Assembly: GCA_022605425.2 (NCBI GenBank)
Contig: JAKIMF020000007.1
Span: 124,001-188,000 of the forward strand
Source: Hamiltosporidium tvaerminnensis FI-OER-3-3
Lineage: Eukaryota; Fungi; Microsporidia
Reading direction: 5' to 3'
DNA: 64,000 bases
Part shown: positions 1-10,822 of the stretch, in pieces
Position numbering within the stretch: position 1 is the first letter of the stretch
How the letters are laid out: every line of letters starts with the position of its first letter
Position numbers and translations under genes: made by a program
The notes under the pieces: model-generated
The model's database searches: none
The model's input: only the letters and a program-made list of their open reading frames with translations
Told to the model about the DNA's origin: nothing

Positions 1-7
1 ATTTATT

Positions 8-1144
8 TCAAAACACAAGATTATCCAATTTAGGAAAAGGATTAACTTTACTAAAAACAATAACACCTTTACTTATCGAAAGATATCCTTTAACAATTTC
101 TTTATCAATAATATTTAAAATCCAAGTTGTAATATCACTTCCATCCAATTTTATACCATTCATTTTACAAATTTCAATTACATAAAATATTTCAAGTTTA
201 TTATCCACACAAAATAATTTAAAAACTTTTATCAAATTCATTCTAAGAATAATATAATCTAAGAAATATTCGGATATCTTTAAAACATTGTATTTTAAAA
301 ATATATTTTCTAAATTACGTAATTCATCAGAAAAATCAAAACGACAATTCACTAATTTTTTATAAAGCGGTTTCAAATATTCACACTTATAAATTTCTAA
401 ACTTTTTTCTTTTACTATTTTTCCCGTCATAAAATTTACTATAAAAAAAGGAACAAAAATACGATTTCTCATTTTTTTACTACAATTTTTAAAAACATAA
501 TTGATATAATCTCTAGCTTGTGAAATATTATTTCTATACAGTTTAAGCATTCCTTTATAATAATTAAATAATAGAATATCTTGTAAATCACCTTTCATAT
601 TTTTATTATTATTATTTTCTAAAATTAGAAGTAAATTATCTGCCAATCTATAATTATTAATTTTAAAATATAAATTAAAAATCATAGCTGAGATATAAAA
701 TACTAAAGATTTTTGTTCATAAATAATATTTTTTTGAGAAGAAAAATTCGAATTTACTTCGGAAGTGGTAATATTTTCTTTTTTAAAATATATTTGTTTA
801 AATACATTTGTAAGTTGTACAGCGTATTTCTCTATATTTTGAGTTTCATTACAACAGATCAAAGTGTTAAATGCTATTTTTTTAAAAATAGGATTTATCC
901 AATCATCTTCTTCTTTTATTGAGGAAGTAAATTGTAAAAAAATATTTAATGATTTTTCAAACGATGGGGATTTAATTAAATCGTATTGGTGAAATAAAAG
1001 AAGTGAAAATGGTGAATGAACCTTGCTAAAATTTGTAACTGAAAGATTTCTTGTAGCGATCATACAATTCAATTTAAAAAGTTTTGAAATTGTTTTTCCA
1101 TCTCGTTGTAGTATTTTTTCGTTTATGCCTTCTGAAATCTCCAT
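8..1144 (-). CDS. PCI-domain protein, PCID2/Thp1/Csn12-like (TREX-2 subunit-like)
   Basis: 378-aa ORF. Motifs 'FNLYFKINNYRLA', 'FNYYKGMLKLY' and C-terminal 'IVKGYLSISKGVIVFSKVNPFP' match the PCID2/Csn12 winged-helix end (I-x-GY-I/L-S...V-x-SK-x-x-PFP). Confidence 0.75.
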   Translation of the reverse strand: MEISEGINEKILQRDGKTISKLFKLNCMIATRNLSVTNFSKVHSPFSLLLFHQYDLIKSPSFEKSLNIFLQFTSSIKEEDDWINPIFKKIAFNTLICCNETQNIEKYAVQLTNVFKQIYFKKENITTSEVNSNFSSQKNIIYEQKSLVFYISAMIFNLYFKINNYRLADNLLLILENNNNKNMKGDLQDILLFNYYKGMLKLYRNNISQARDYINYVFKNCSKKMRNRIFVPFFIVNFMTGKIVKEKSLEIYKCEYLKPLYKKLVNCRFDFSDELRNLENIFLKYNVLKISEYFLDYIILRMNLIKVFKLFCVDNKLEIFYVIEICKMNGIKLDGSDITTWILNIIDKEIVKGYLSISKGVIVFSKVNPFPKLDNLVF

Positions 1145-1685
1145 TTTGTTTTTTAACGGTAATTTTTTAAGAAAAATAATTTTAAAAGTAATTTTTTATA
1201 TTAAATGAAAGAAAAATTGACAAATAAATAAAATGAAAAGAAGTTAAATTTCGGTCATTTAAGGTAGAAAGATTTGGATTTTTTTAATTTGTGAATTCGT
1301 ATTTTTTGACTTCTGAAAGATTTTTAGAAAGGTAAAAAATTAAAATGAAATTTATGTTCGATTTACATAAATTAAATTGGAAAACAAAATTTTAGAAAAC
1401 TGAAAAAAACAAGAAAAAATAATCTGAAATCTAGTATATTTTCATAAAACAAAATAAATTAAAATAAAACTTACAAAGACCGAAAGATAAAGTTTGAGCG
1501 CCTTAAGTTAAATTGGGAAACAAAATTTTATTACACCCGCAAAAAAATTATTTAAATTATAAAAAATAATTTGTAACTGAATTATAATTTAGCGATGAAA
1601 AAAAACGAACGAAAGAAATTTATTATTTAAACTTTAAATTGTTATAAAATTTTAAATAAATAAAAAGTAATTTTTTTCCCTACAA

Positions 1686-2258
1686 ATGAAATGCAATAAC
1701 TTAAAATGTAGAGAAAGTATTCACAACCGAGCTATAATAACTATATGTTGTCATATTTTCTGTCCTAAATGTGGACCAAAAATAAAAAAATCTTCGATGT
1801 GTTCAGCTTGTCAAAATTTTCTTAAAGAGGAAGATATTCTATTAAAGGAAATTGATGTATTACCATGTCTATTGGGATACAATCCAGAGGAAATATTTGA
1901 AGCTGCCAGACGAGGTCTATCATTTTGGATAAATCAAAATGAGATAGAAAATTCTATACAAAATTTAAAATCAGATTCCTTAGAAAGTCAGTGTATGAAA
2001 TACAAAAAAGATTTAAAGTCTTTAGAAAGTGCTACTAAAATTGAAATGGATAGTTTACAAGCAAAAATAAATAAATTAGAAAGAAATATTGAGAAGGAAA
2101 GACAAAATTCATATGATTTGAGTGTAATGTTATCTGAAAAAACTAAACAATATCAAAGACTTGTAACTGAAAATGAAAAGGTTAAATTCAAACGTAATTT
2201 AAACAATTCTATCACATATGATTTACTTAATAGCAAGATAGAAGATATTAATGATTAA
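1686..2258 (+). CDS. HEI10: HEI10/CCNB1IP1-like meiotic RING E3 ligase
   Basis: N-terminal 'CNNLKCR...AIITICCHIFC...CSAC', then 'LLGYNPEEIFEAARRGLSFWINQ' (HEI10: LAGLxPExxxExxxRALxFWxYQ) and a coiled coil. CCC at 1678-1680 before the ATG. Confidence 0.85.
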   Translation: MKCNNLKCRESIHNRAIITICCHIFCPKCGPKIKKSSMCSACQNFLKEEDILLKEIDVLPCLLGYNPEEIFEAARRGLSFWINQNEIENSIQNLKSDSLESQCMKYKKDLKSLESATKIEMDSLQAKINKLERNIEKERQNSYDLSVMLSEKTKQYQRLVTENEKVKFKRNLNNSITYDLLNSKIEDIND

Positions 2259-2999
2259 AATTATTGGGAATTACATTTTTCTATTCAAAACTAAAAAAAA
2301 TTGAATGATTTTAAAAATTTCTGCGTCAAATATTTTTTTTGATTTTAATAATATTTAAATATAAAATACAGTTGTGTCTTATCAAAACATTTCATAAAGA
2401 GTGTTTTCTTGGAGAAATATTTAATATTGGCAGACACAGTCATGTTTGTTTTAATATTGTAATTACAAATTATAGTTTTGCTTTTTTTTTGGCAAAATAG
2501 GACTTTTAAAATTAAAAATTAAATTAATTTTAGGTTAATACGCTAAATGGCCAGGTTTATGAGATATTAAATGAACAAATTATATTTAGATTTTAAAAAC
2601 CTATTTTATTTTTTAAATTTCTATACTTTAATATCAGATAGAAAATTTGGTTTTATAAGAAAAATAAACATTTGTGTTAAATAAATTTAATTCCAAAAGT
2701 TTTACACAACTAAATTTTAATAGAATCTGACATGAATTTTTTTTGATTTAACAAAATGAATTATTTCTTTAATTAAAAAATCCCTGTTTTTGAGGCACGG
2801 GATTGTTTAAAGTTGTTTAAATAAACAGTAAAAAATCATAGATTCACCCGAATAGATGTAAATTGCCTGGTATTTAATCAATCCTCCGTATTTGAGTACA
2901 TAAATTGAAATCTCTAATTTGGTTGATTAAATTCAGAAATATACTAAACTATCAATATCAAACTGCAAAATTGGTATATTAGCAGGTATTTTTGAAACC

Positions 3000-4890
3000 C
3001 CAAACAAAAAGATTGAGAAAGTAATCCTGAAGGAGATAACTTGTATCTTTAGTTTTTGTGTTATGTAGGGATCCTCTGAGCAGCGAACTCAATGAGAAAT
3101 ACACAAAAGCGACAAAAAATAATGATGTAAATTATCATACTACCAATCGTTTCTTGTTCATTGCTGATCTTAAGCTCCTTGGAACAGACAATTCTACTTG
3201 GAACCCATGAAAGGTGAAGCATATGAATTTTTAAAGGCTATTATTAAAGTAGAAATAAACTAAGAGAATTAAACAAAGAATGATACGCGTTGCGAAGATA
3301 ATGCCACTCTTCTAGACGCCTTTAGCGTTTATAAATATTTAGAAATAGATAAAGATAACCAAGTAAATTTCGAGATTTATATCATTTAAATATCTATGAA
3401 GCAAACTTATATCAATAGTTGAAAGAGTTTTTTGAATTGTATTAAATGCAAAAAAACCATTCTGTGCAATAAATCAACATCAATTTTATTGATGAACTAG
3501 CATATATAATTACTTCTTTTTCGATCTTACACGTCTCTGAGTTGGTTATGCAGTGCGTGCAATATTGGTAACAGAAATAAGGTACATATTTTCCAAGAGG
3601 TATAAAGCATCTGTATCTTTCTAGAACAGAACTTGAAGAAGCGTATAAGTTTTGGGTTGAAAAACGAGTATACGCTTCTGCTGCTCTTGGATTGTTCAAG
3701 AAAAAGTAATGAAATATCAACTCAAGAAGCAGCAACTCCAAAGATGGAGGTTAGTAGTAAAACTTATTTTTTGAGAAAAAAAGTCATTAAAAGTAAAAAA
3801 TATAGGGTTTAAGAAGTACTGGACAAAAAACATTTAAAAGCGACTCGGCTTATAAATTATTTGACGAAATAGAGAAACAAAAACTTCCCTCGAAACTACA
3901 TAATTCAATATAAAGAACCTGTGACTTCTATTGATTCTCAAGATGACTAAGAAGAGAACATTAAGCTACTAATAAAGCTGTATTCTGTATATCTAGGATT
4001 AAAATATATTATGAGGAACAGATGAAATACGTTAACACCGCAATAAGTCTAATAAAACAGTGAAGCCTTTAGCAAATCGATGTGAGAAATTTCTTGAATA
4101 TTAATATACCGAAAAACAATCTAGGTGGTTCGATTTTCCCACTTAAACATACTAAATCAATATAGATCTGTATTTACAAGCTGAATTGGAGTCATTCGAT
4201 TCAAGAATTTTTTTAAAACATGTAAGCGGAAATATTATTAGGTTTGAATAAACCAAAATTAAAAATTGAAAAACAGCACCGATTTATTTGTTATAGATGA
4301 AAAAAAAATGTGAACGATAATTAAGGCATGAATTAGCTCCCCGGGTTAACTTTAAATACTAGAAATAGAAAATCCAAGAGCTATAATCTTTAGCCAATGG
4401 GTTAAGGCTTATTTATAAGTGTGATATTTTCGGATAAGCATCTATTGATAACCTTTGCTGTTATTGAAACAAAATCTAGTAAGATGTATCTATAAATATT
4501 ATGGATATAAATAAAAAGGGACAAAACTCGGTCGAAAGCCCCCGAGAAGATTTTTGAAATAATTTTCTGCCATCGCGGACGAAGACAGAGTCAGGAAAAA
4601 ATCACCAAAGATGTTGGAAATGGGAATCACTTTGTTTTTACAAGGAGCTGAATTGCAAGATGAACCAAACACTCTTTAAAACAGTCTTTTTTTCAAAGAA
4701 TATGGTGTTAAACAATCAAAAACAAAAGGTAATATATCTCTTGTTCTAATATGAGAATCACACTAGAGGAACTGACAATAAATGTAAAAGAAGTGTCGGA
4801 TTAAGAAGAAGAATGTAAAAGGGTTTGAAATTAAGAAGAAAATATGTACAAAAGTAAAAAAGAATTTTGAACCTAGAATTAATATAAAAT
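3000..4890 (+). pseudogene. Decayed copy of the RT-REL LINE family
   Basis: Frameshifted remnants LFIADLKLL (~3155), VYKYL (~3327), INQH, LYLSRTEL (~3611), LANRCEK (~4069) and LLANGLRLIYKC (~4388) are colinear with the ORF at 10943-13999. LINE-like 3' tail at ~4860-4885. Confidence 0.8.
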
Positions 4891-5303
4891 TTCTTTGAAG
4901 TTTTATAAACTTTTTAAACATACTATGAAATGATACAGTTCGCATACAAAAAAACCAATACTTTAAAATGTAGACAGTTTCAATAACCTCGATAGAATAC
5001 TGGCTATGATTGTTGTTTATCCTTATAAATGAAATGAAGTGTGCTTGAATCAAATCTGCCTTTTTGATTAATCTGAAAACATAAAATTATATTTTTATGA
5101 ATAAATTTGCCAGAGTCCGTACCAAAAGAGGGAATTCGATTAATATAATATCATAAAATCTATCCTATAAAAATAAATTATATTTTTACATCTGTTATGA
5201 ATTACTTTCGAAAAGAAATAAGAAAGTTAAAATTATTGAAATAAAATAATTGAGATTTATTCTTACAAAGAATGTTAATTAATACTTGAATGTAATAATA
5301 TGC

Positions 5304-5535
5304 TTTCCCAGTTTGCCGGGAGCAGAATTGGCTTGTAGTATTCTCTGCTTGTCGTAACAGACTACAAAAAAGAACTGGTCGTTTATATTGGGGTTGGGCG
5401 TAGGGCTAATAACCCTTTCTTTAAAACCATCTTGGTAGAAACCAAAAGGTAAACAAACCCATTAAAAACGACTAATTAGTGGCATTACTGAGGGAGGCTA
5501 AAGCTCATGCAGGATTGTAGTGCCGAGGATAAATA
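5304..5535 (+). mobile_element. ~230-bp RTE-tailed SINE-like element, copy 1
   Basis: Reverse-complement match to 15171-15407, 17176-17413 and 32851-33084. Ends ...TGTAGTGCCGAGGA(TAAA)n. 10-bp direct repeat AATAATATGC at 5294-5303 and 5536-5545. Confidence 0.85.
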
Positions 5536-6288
5536 AATAATATGCAAATTTAAATGCCAATAAAGAAAACTATACCTCATTGTATACAATTCTTACTTAA
5601 TTATATTTAAACAAAGAAATAATTTTATTTCCTTCATTGATATAAACTAGAAAAATCAAGACATTTGTAACCATTTACTACAAATATATTATTGCTTTTT
5701 TAAAAAATTATTTTGATAGTTTCGCAAATTAATTTTTCTGATAATAAAAAACATGTCTTTTTCGTAGATTTTTATCATTCTTTTTGAAAATGTCCCACAA
5801 GGCCAGAAATAAACAAACATTAATTAAAAATAAAAGTGTAATTAAATGCCGGATTAGTATTATTTTGTCTTTTGCTGCTTTATTTTATCTCATTTATCGT
5901 TTTATCGTACTCTACCATATTTCAATTTTTAAATTTTTGTATTGCCTTTCGTCCATGGCTGTAATATTCGCAATTGGAATTCAATTTTTTTCCTTCTTTA
6001 TTAGCTTATCATCTTCTTTCTGATTATTTCATACTTATTGTATGTATGCGTTGAATATTTCAGAATAATTATAATAAAAAAATTTTTTAATCAATATATA
6101 AAATAAATAAAATATAAAAGTAAATCCTTCATGTTTTAATCGATTCAAGGTATTTTTTAAAAAAGTTTTTGATACAATTCACATAAAAAATTAATTATTG
6201 GCTTTTCCTAATTCAAATTTTATTGATTATTATCAAAAAAAATTTATAAAAAAATTTAGCTTTTTTATTGCATAAACCCATAAGAACA

Positions 6289-8322
6289 ATGTCTATACCC
6301 GATAGCATACCCGACTCACTTCCAAGTGAATTACAAGACAGTGAATTATTATCTTCAGATATTTTAACAGATGAAATAATAGAAAGTTCATTTTCATCTA
6401 ACATTTCATTATATTCAATGAAAAGTGAATCTGATGATTTATTAAACAAAAATGTAAGTAATTTTCAATCAGTAAATGTAGAAAAGAAAAATGAATTAGA
6501 AAAAATACAAAAAAATAATTCAAAAATAGAGAAAGAAGTTTTTGAAGATTTTTCTTTAAATGGATCAGATTCTCTTGACATTTCTACGTTTACAGATATT
6601 ATTTCTGAAGGGTGTAATGAACAAAAACATGTTTCATCGTCTGTAAGTTTTGAAAGTGACGATTTTTCTGATGAATTAACAATTGAGTCCAAGAAAAGCA
6701 ATGATACCATAATTTATAAAAATAAAAATTTTGAAATTGATACTTCCAAGAATTTTAATTCAGTAATTCTTACGGGATTTTCAACTGGAAATAATAAAAA
6801 AATTGCTGTAAAAGAAGAAACTTTGAAAAGAGTTAGTATTGAATTAGAAAAGGAAGATGAGACTAAATCTAAAAATAAAGACAATTTATTAAAGAATGAG
6901 GAAACAAAGAGGCGTAGTACCGATTCTCAAAAGAAAAACATAAATACATCTCAAAATAAAGACGATGGATTTTTACAGAGAGAGGAAACAAAAAGAGTAA
7001 ATACGAATTCTCAAAAGAAAAATATAAATACATCTCAAAACAAAGACGATGGATTTTTACAGAATGAAAGTCTTGAGAAAATAAATATTGATTTAGAAAA
7101 AAAAGTAGAAAATATTAAAAAAATGAAAATTGAAAATTTACCAGAAAAAAATATAAAAAAAGAATTTTCTATGAAATCTAACAATTTAATTCAAAAGGGA
7201 AATGAAAATGAATCTTTTAATATCAGCGGAAGCAAAATAGAAAATACATTTTTACAAGAACAAGTAGGAAATGAAAACAGAAATATTATTAAAAATACGA
7301 ATGTAAGATATGTTAAGCCTATAAGAATGTACAATAAACCAGAAAAAGGACATCATTCGACAGAAAAAAGATATTTAGAAAAAATGGCAAATACATTTAA
7401 AAAAATAGAAGAAAAATATAAAAACGAAGAAAAAGAATGGATTTTTCAGAATTTTAAATGGACTTGGATGAGTCTATTTGTATCAAAATGGAAAAAAGAA
7501 TCTTTAAACGGTACACAAATTATTGAAAACCAAATTATTGATTTAGAAGAAAATATTTTATTTGAAATGTTGGATAAAAAAATTAATTTAAAAAAACGTA
7601 AAGAATATTCTATTCTTAGAAGAATATGTGAAGGAGATGATATTTCATACAAATATATGATTTTATTGATTGTCGGAATACACAAGAATACTGTAGAATT
7701 ATACGATGGTTTTTATTCCGTAGAATGTATTTATGATAAAGAGATAGAAAAAAGAATTATAAGTCAAAAAATTAAAATTTTTGATAAAATCAAAATTTTT
7801 GGTGCAGAATTACTTGAAGAGCCAAAATCTTTCTTTGAAAGAAAAGGCGTTTTATTAAGATTAAATGCCAACGGATTTATACCGACAAGTTTAAATAAGA
7901 AATTAGGATATCAAAAAAAGGTAGGATTTGTCCTTGGAATGAACAAAATATGTAAAACTGGAGGTACTGTTGGATGCGTAGAAATTAAAGTAAAAAAAAT
8001 AGTTGAAGAAAAAGCACTGATAAGACACAAAGGATATAAAAAAGAAGTAAAAATAGAAAATATAGAAGAAGAAGTAGAAAAAGTATATAATATGGCTAAA
8101 AAAGAAGGAGTAAATATTGAAATAAATGATATAAATATTAGTAAAAATATAAAAATTATAGCAGAGTGTTTGATAAGTGGTTTTGAAGCTTTAATTACGA
8201 TTTGGGGATGTGAATATTTAAAAATAGGAGATCGTTATAGATTCATATTCCTTAAAATTAATGAAAAGGCAACTGGACTGCATTTAATTACATTTAATAG
8301 ATCGGTCGTACAACAAATATAA
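6289..8322 (+). CDS. BRCA2: BRCA2 homologue (single BRC repeat, helical domain, OB folds)
   Basis: BRC-like 'FSTGNNKKIAVKEETLKRV'; helical domain 'EWIFQNFKWTW'; 'SILRRICEGDD...MILLI'; OB1 'ELYDGFYSV', 'KIKIFGAEL', 'LRLNANG', 'KLGY', 'GGTVGCV'. Start moved from TTG 6268 to ATG 6289, which follows a CCC motif. Confidence 0.9.
   Translation: MSIPDSIPDSLPSELQDSELLSSDILTDEIIESSFSSNISLYSMKSESDDLLNKNVSNFQSVNVEKKNELEKIQKNNSKIEKEVFEDFSLNGSDSLDISTFTDIISEGCNEQKHVSSSVSFESDDFSDELTIESKKSNDTIIYKNKNFEIDTSKNFNSVILTGFSTGNNKKIAVKEETLKRVSIELEKEDETKSKNKDNLLKNEETKRRSTDSQKKNINTSQNKDDGFLQREETKRVNTNSQKKNINTSQNKDDGFLQNESLEKINIDLEKKVENIKKMKIENLPEKNIKKEFSMKSNNLIQKGNENESFNISGSKIENTFLQEQVGNENRNIIKNTNVRYVKPIRMYNKPEKGHHSTEKRYLEKMANTFKKIEEKYKNEEKEWIFQNFKWTWMSLFVSKWKKESLNGTQIIENQIIDLEENILFEMLDKKINLKKRKEYSILRRICEGDDISYKYMILLIVGIHKNTVELYDGFYSVECIYDKEIEKRIISQKIKIFDKIKIFGAELLEEPKSFFERKGVLLRLNANGFIPTSLNKKLGYQKKVGFVLGMNKICKTGGTVGCVEIKVKKIVEEKALIRHKGYKKEVKIENIEEEVEKVYNMAKKEGVNIEINDINISKNIKIIAECLISGFEALITIWGCEYLKIGDRYRFIFLKINEKATGLHLITFNRSVVQQI
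6817..7070 (+). repeat. In-frame ~84-bp (28-aa) tandem repeat inside BRCA2
   Basis: EETKRRSTDSQKKNINTSQNKDDGFLQR / EETKRVNTNSQKKNINTSQNKDDGFLQN, preceded by a diverged unit EETLKRVSIELEKEDETKSKNKDNLLKN. Confidence 0.85.
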
Positions 8323-8699
8323 TTTTAGAAACTTTAAGTTCTGTAAACTGAAATATCTTTTTAGATTAAAAATTTTAATATTTTTTTTGAAAAATGTAAA
8401 CCTGATATAAATTATAAATATACATGTAAAAAATATTTGAAATCTCTATGGTCATTAAATGTTTGAATTTGTCATACTTCTTTGAATTAAATTTCATTAA
8501 ATTTTCTAAATAATCGAATAATAAAAATGAATAAACCTTACATATCAAGTTCTTTAAAAAATGTATAAGAATGAATTTTTTGATTTCGAAAGTTTTATTT
8601 GCATTTAAACTGTTTTTTTTAAAAAATGTCTAAAAATTAACTTTTTGATTTGGAAAGTTATATTTGCATTTAAACTGTTTTTTTATTTCCAAAATTTTA

Positions 8700-10110
8700 A
8701 ATGAATTTAAATAATTTTTTTTTAAAAAATATTTTTTGATAATGTGTTGTTTTCTTTTTAGTTTTTGCTTAATTTATTCAATTTTTTTTACTTTACTATT
8801 TTTTTATTGAAACACTTTTCAATATTATGAATCTGTTCTCTGATTCTGGTCATTTAATAAACTTTTTAGATTCATTATTTTAATATTTTTATAATATTTT
8901 CTTTCTCATTAGTGTATGTTGAAATAGTAGAATTTGTTCTTAAATTCTTAGATGAGATTCCTCGACTTTTATCGGTATTTGGTTTTGATTCGAAACTCAT
9001 TTATCAGTTAAAATATATACTACAACGATTTTATAGTATTACAGAATACCTGCTGTTATTCTGCAGATATTTGAAGTTTCTTTAGAGAGATATTTTAATA
9101 TTTATTAGAATATTATCCCGTGTTATTACATATCAAACTACCTTTAATAAAACTTAATAAGACCTAATTTTTTGGACAATAAATTCATTTAATTGATTTT
9201 TCTGTTCAAATGATTTGAACCAAATCTCATGAATAAATTCGTTACCAATAAAAAAAATTTATTGTATTTCTTATCTACAATGAATATTTTTGCTTTATTA
9301 TTTTGAAATTAAACATCGGTTTTTATTCCGATGTTTATTTTTGTTTCCACAAACTCATTTTTAAAGATTTCTTGAACTGAATGAATCTAAATTCGTTTTG
9401 AAGACTTAAACTTATATCTATTAAGAAGAGTAGATGTATGAGATGAGACCATCTATTTATTTTACCTAATGTAGACATTCCCGTTTCTTTTTTTAATATC
9501 CAGTTGCTCGATTCTTTTCTAAATTTCTAGAATTCCCACAATGATGCCTGTGTTATGTACTCTAAAATACATTTATATCTTTAATTTAACGAAAAGGCTG
9601 CTTCTTCATGTGGCTTGATGGCTTCTTTGAATAGAAATCTTAAGGAAGTCTATTATTCACTAACTCCTTCTTCTAGCATATTTAACTTTGAATGTAATTT
9701 TTTGTTTTTTGTTCAAATTTTCAATCAAATTTTTGTTTTTAAATTTATATCTTGATTTTTCTTTCTAATCTATTTTTTTTCATTTAAAAACATCTTTTTT
9801 TTGTTTCGAGTGTGTTTAATTATTATTTTCTTGCTTAAAGATTACTTCTCTTCTTTTGTATATTTTTTTATTTCATTAAAGGCAATTTAAGATAGAGAAA
9901 TTAAATATTAGTTAGATAACTCAATACTTTTAAAGATTTCCTTTGAGTTCACATATGAGTAGATTCAGAGCTCTTTACATCTTTATTACGTGTACTTTAT
10001 TCTTAAAGAACAAATATAAACGCAGTAAATCATCTAATTTGGAGAAATCAGCCAGTTCAAGTCGAAGTACTTCTACATAGTAGTTGTGCAAAAATATCGC
10101 ATTAACAAAA
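8700..10110 (-). pseudogene. Decayed RT-REL LINE fragments
   Basis: 9392-9430 (ttcgttttgaagacttaaacttatatctattaagaag) is near-identical to 11552-11590. 10030-10100 matches 12200-12270. Many stops. Confidence 0.75.
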
Positions 10111-10822
10111 TTTTTTTTATTAAAATATATAAATTCAATTTTATTGTCATAAACCTATAGAAAAGGATATTAAAATATGTAAAATGAATCAAAAATTTGT
10201 TTTTTTTATTCAAATCCATACAACAAAAAAATAGTAAATTGTTAAGTGTTGTAATTAAATAAATATTTTTTATGAAATAATTTAATTTGGAAAAAAAATA
10301 TTCGTATTTAAATTTATTAGAAGAAATAAAATAGAATAACTTAGAAATTAGATTGCAAAGAATGTACTTAAATATGAAAATTATTCAAATGATTGTATAA
10401 AGGTGACAACAAAAGCAAAAACTATAAGTCATTTAAAACTATATATAACATAAACAAATAGAAGATTGAATGACACGGTAAATTTTCAAGAAAGGATTGT
10501 GAAATTATAAAGGAAATATTAAAATAGTTGCCAAATGCTTTGAAACGTAGTTTAATTAAAAAATTTAAAATTAAAACAGATCAGAAATGAAGTAAAATCA
10601 GATGTCATACTCGTCACCTAAACTTCGAATCATCATATCTGTTAAAAAAATATATTAATACAAATATGAGAGATCAGATCAAAATTTGTTATCATCAAAT
10701 TCAGCCGGTAATTCCAGCTATATGATCATCATTTCTCAGGGTAAAAGAAAAAAACAAATATTTAAATGACATATTCGAATCTTTTTATATTTTGTAAAAT
10801 ATTTTGTATTGGGAAAAACTTA

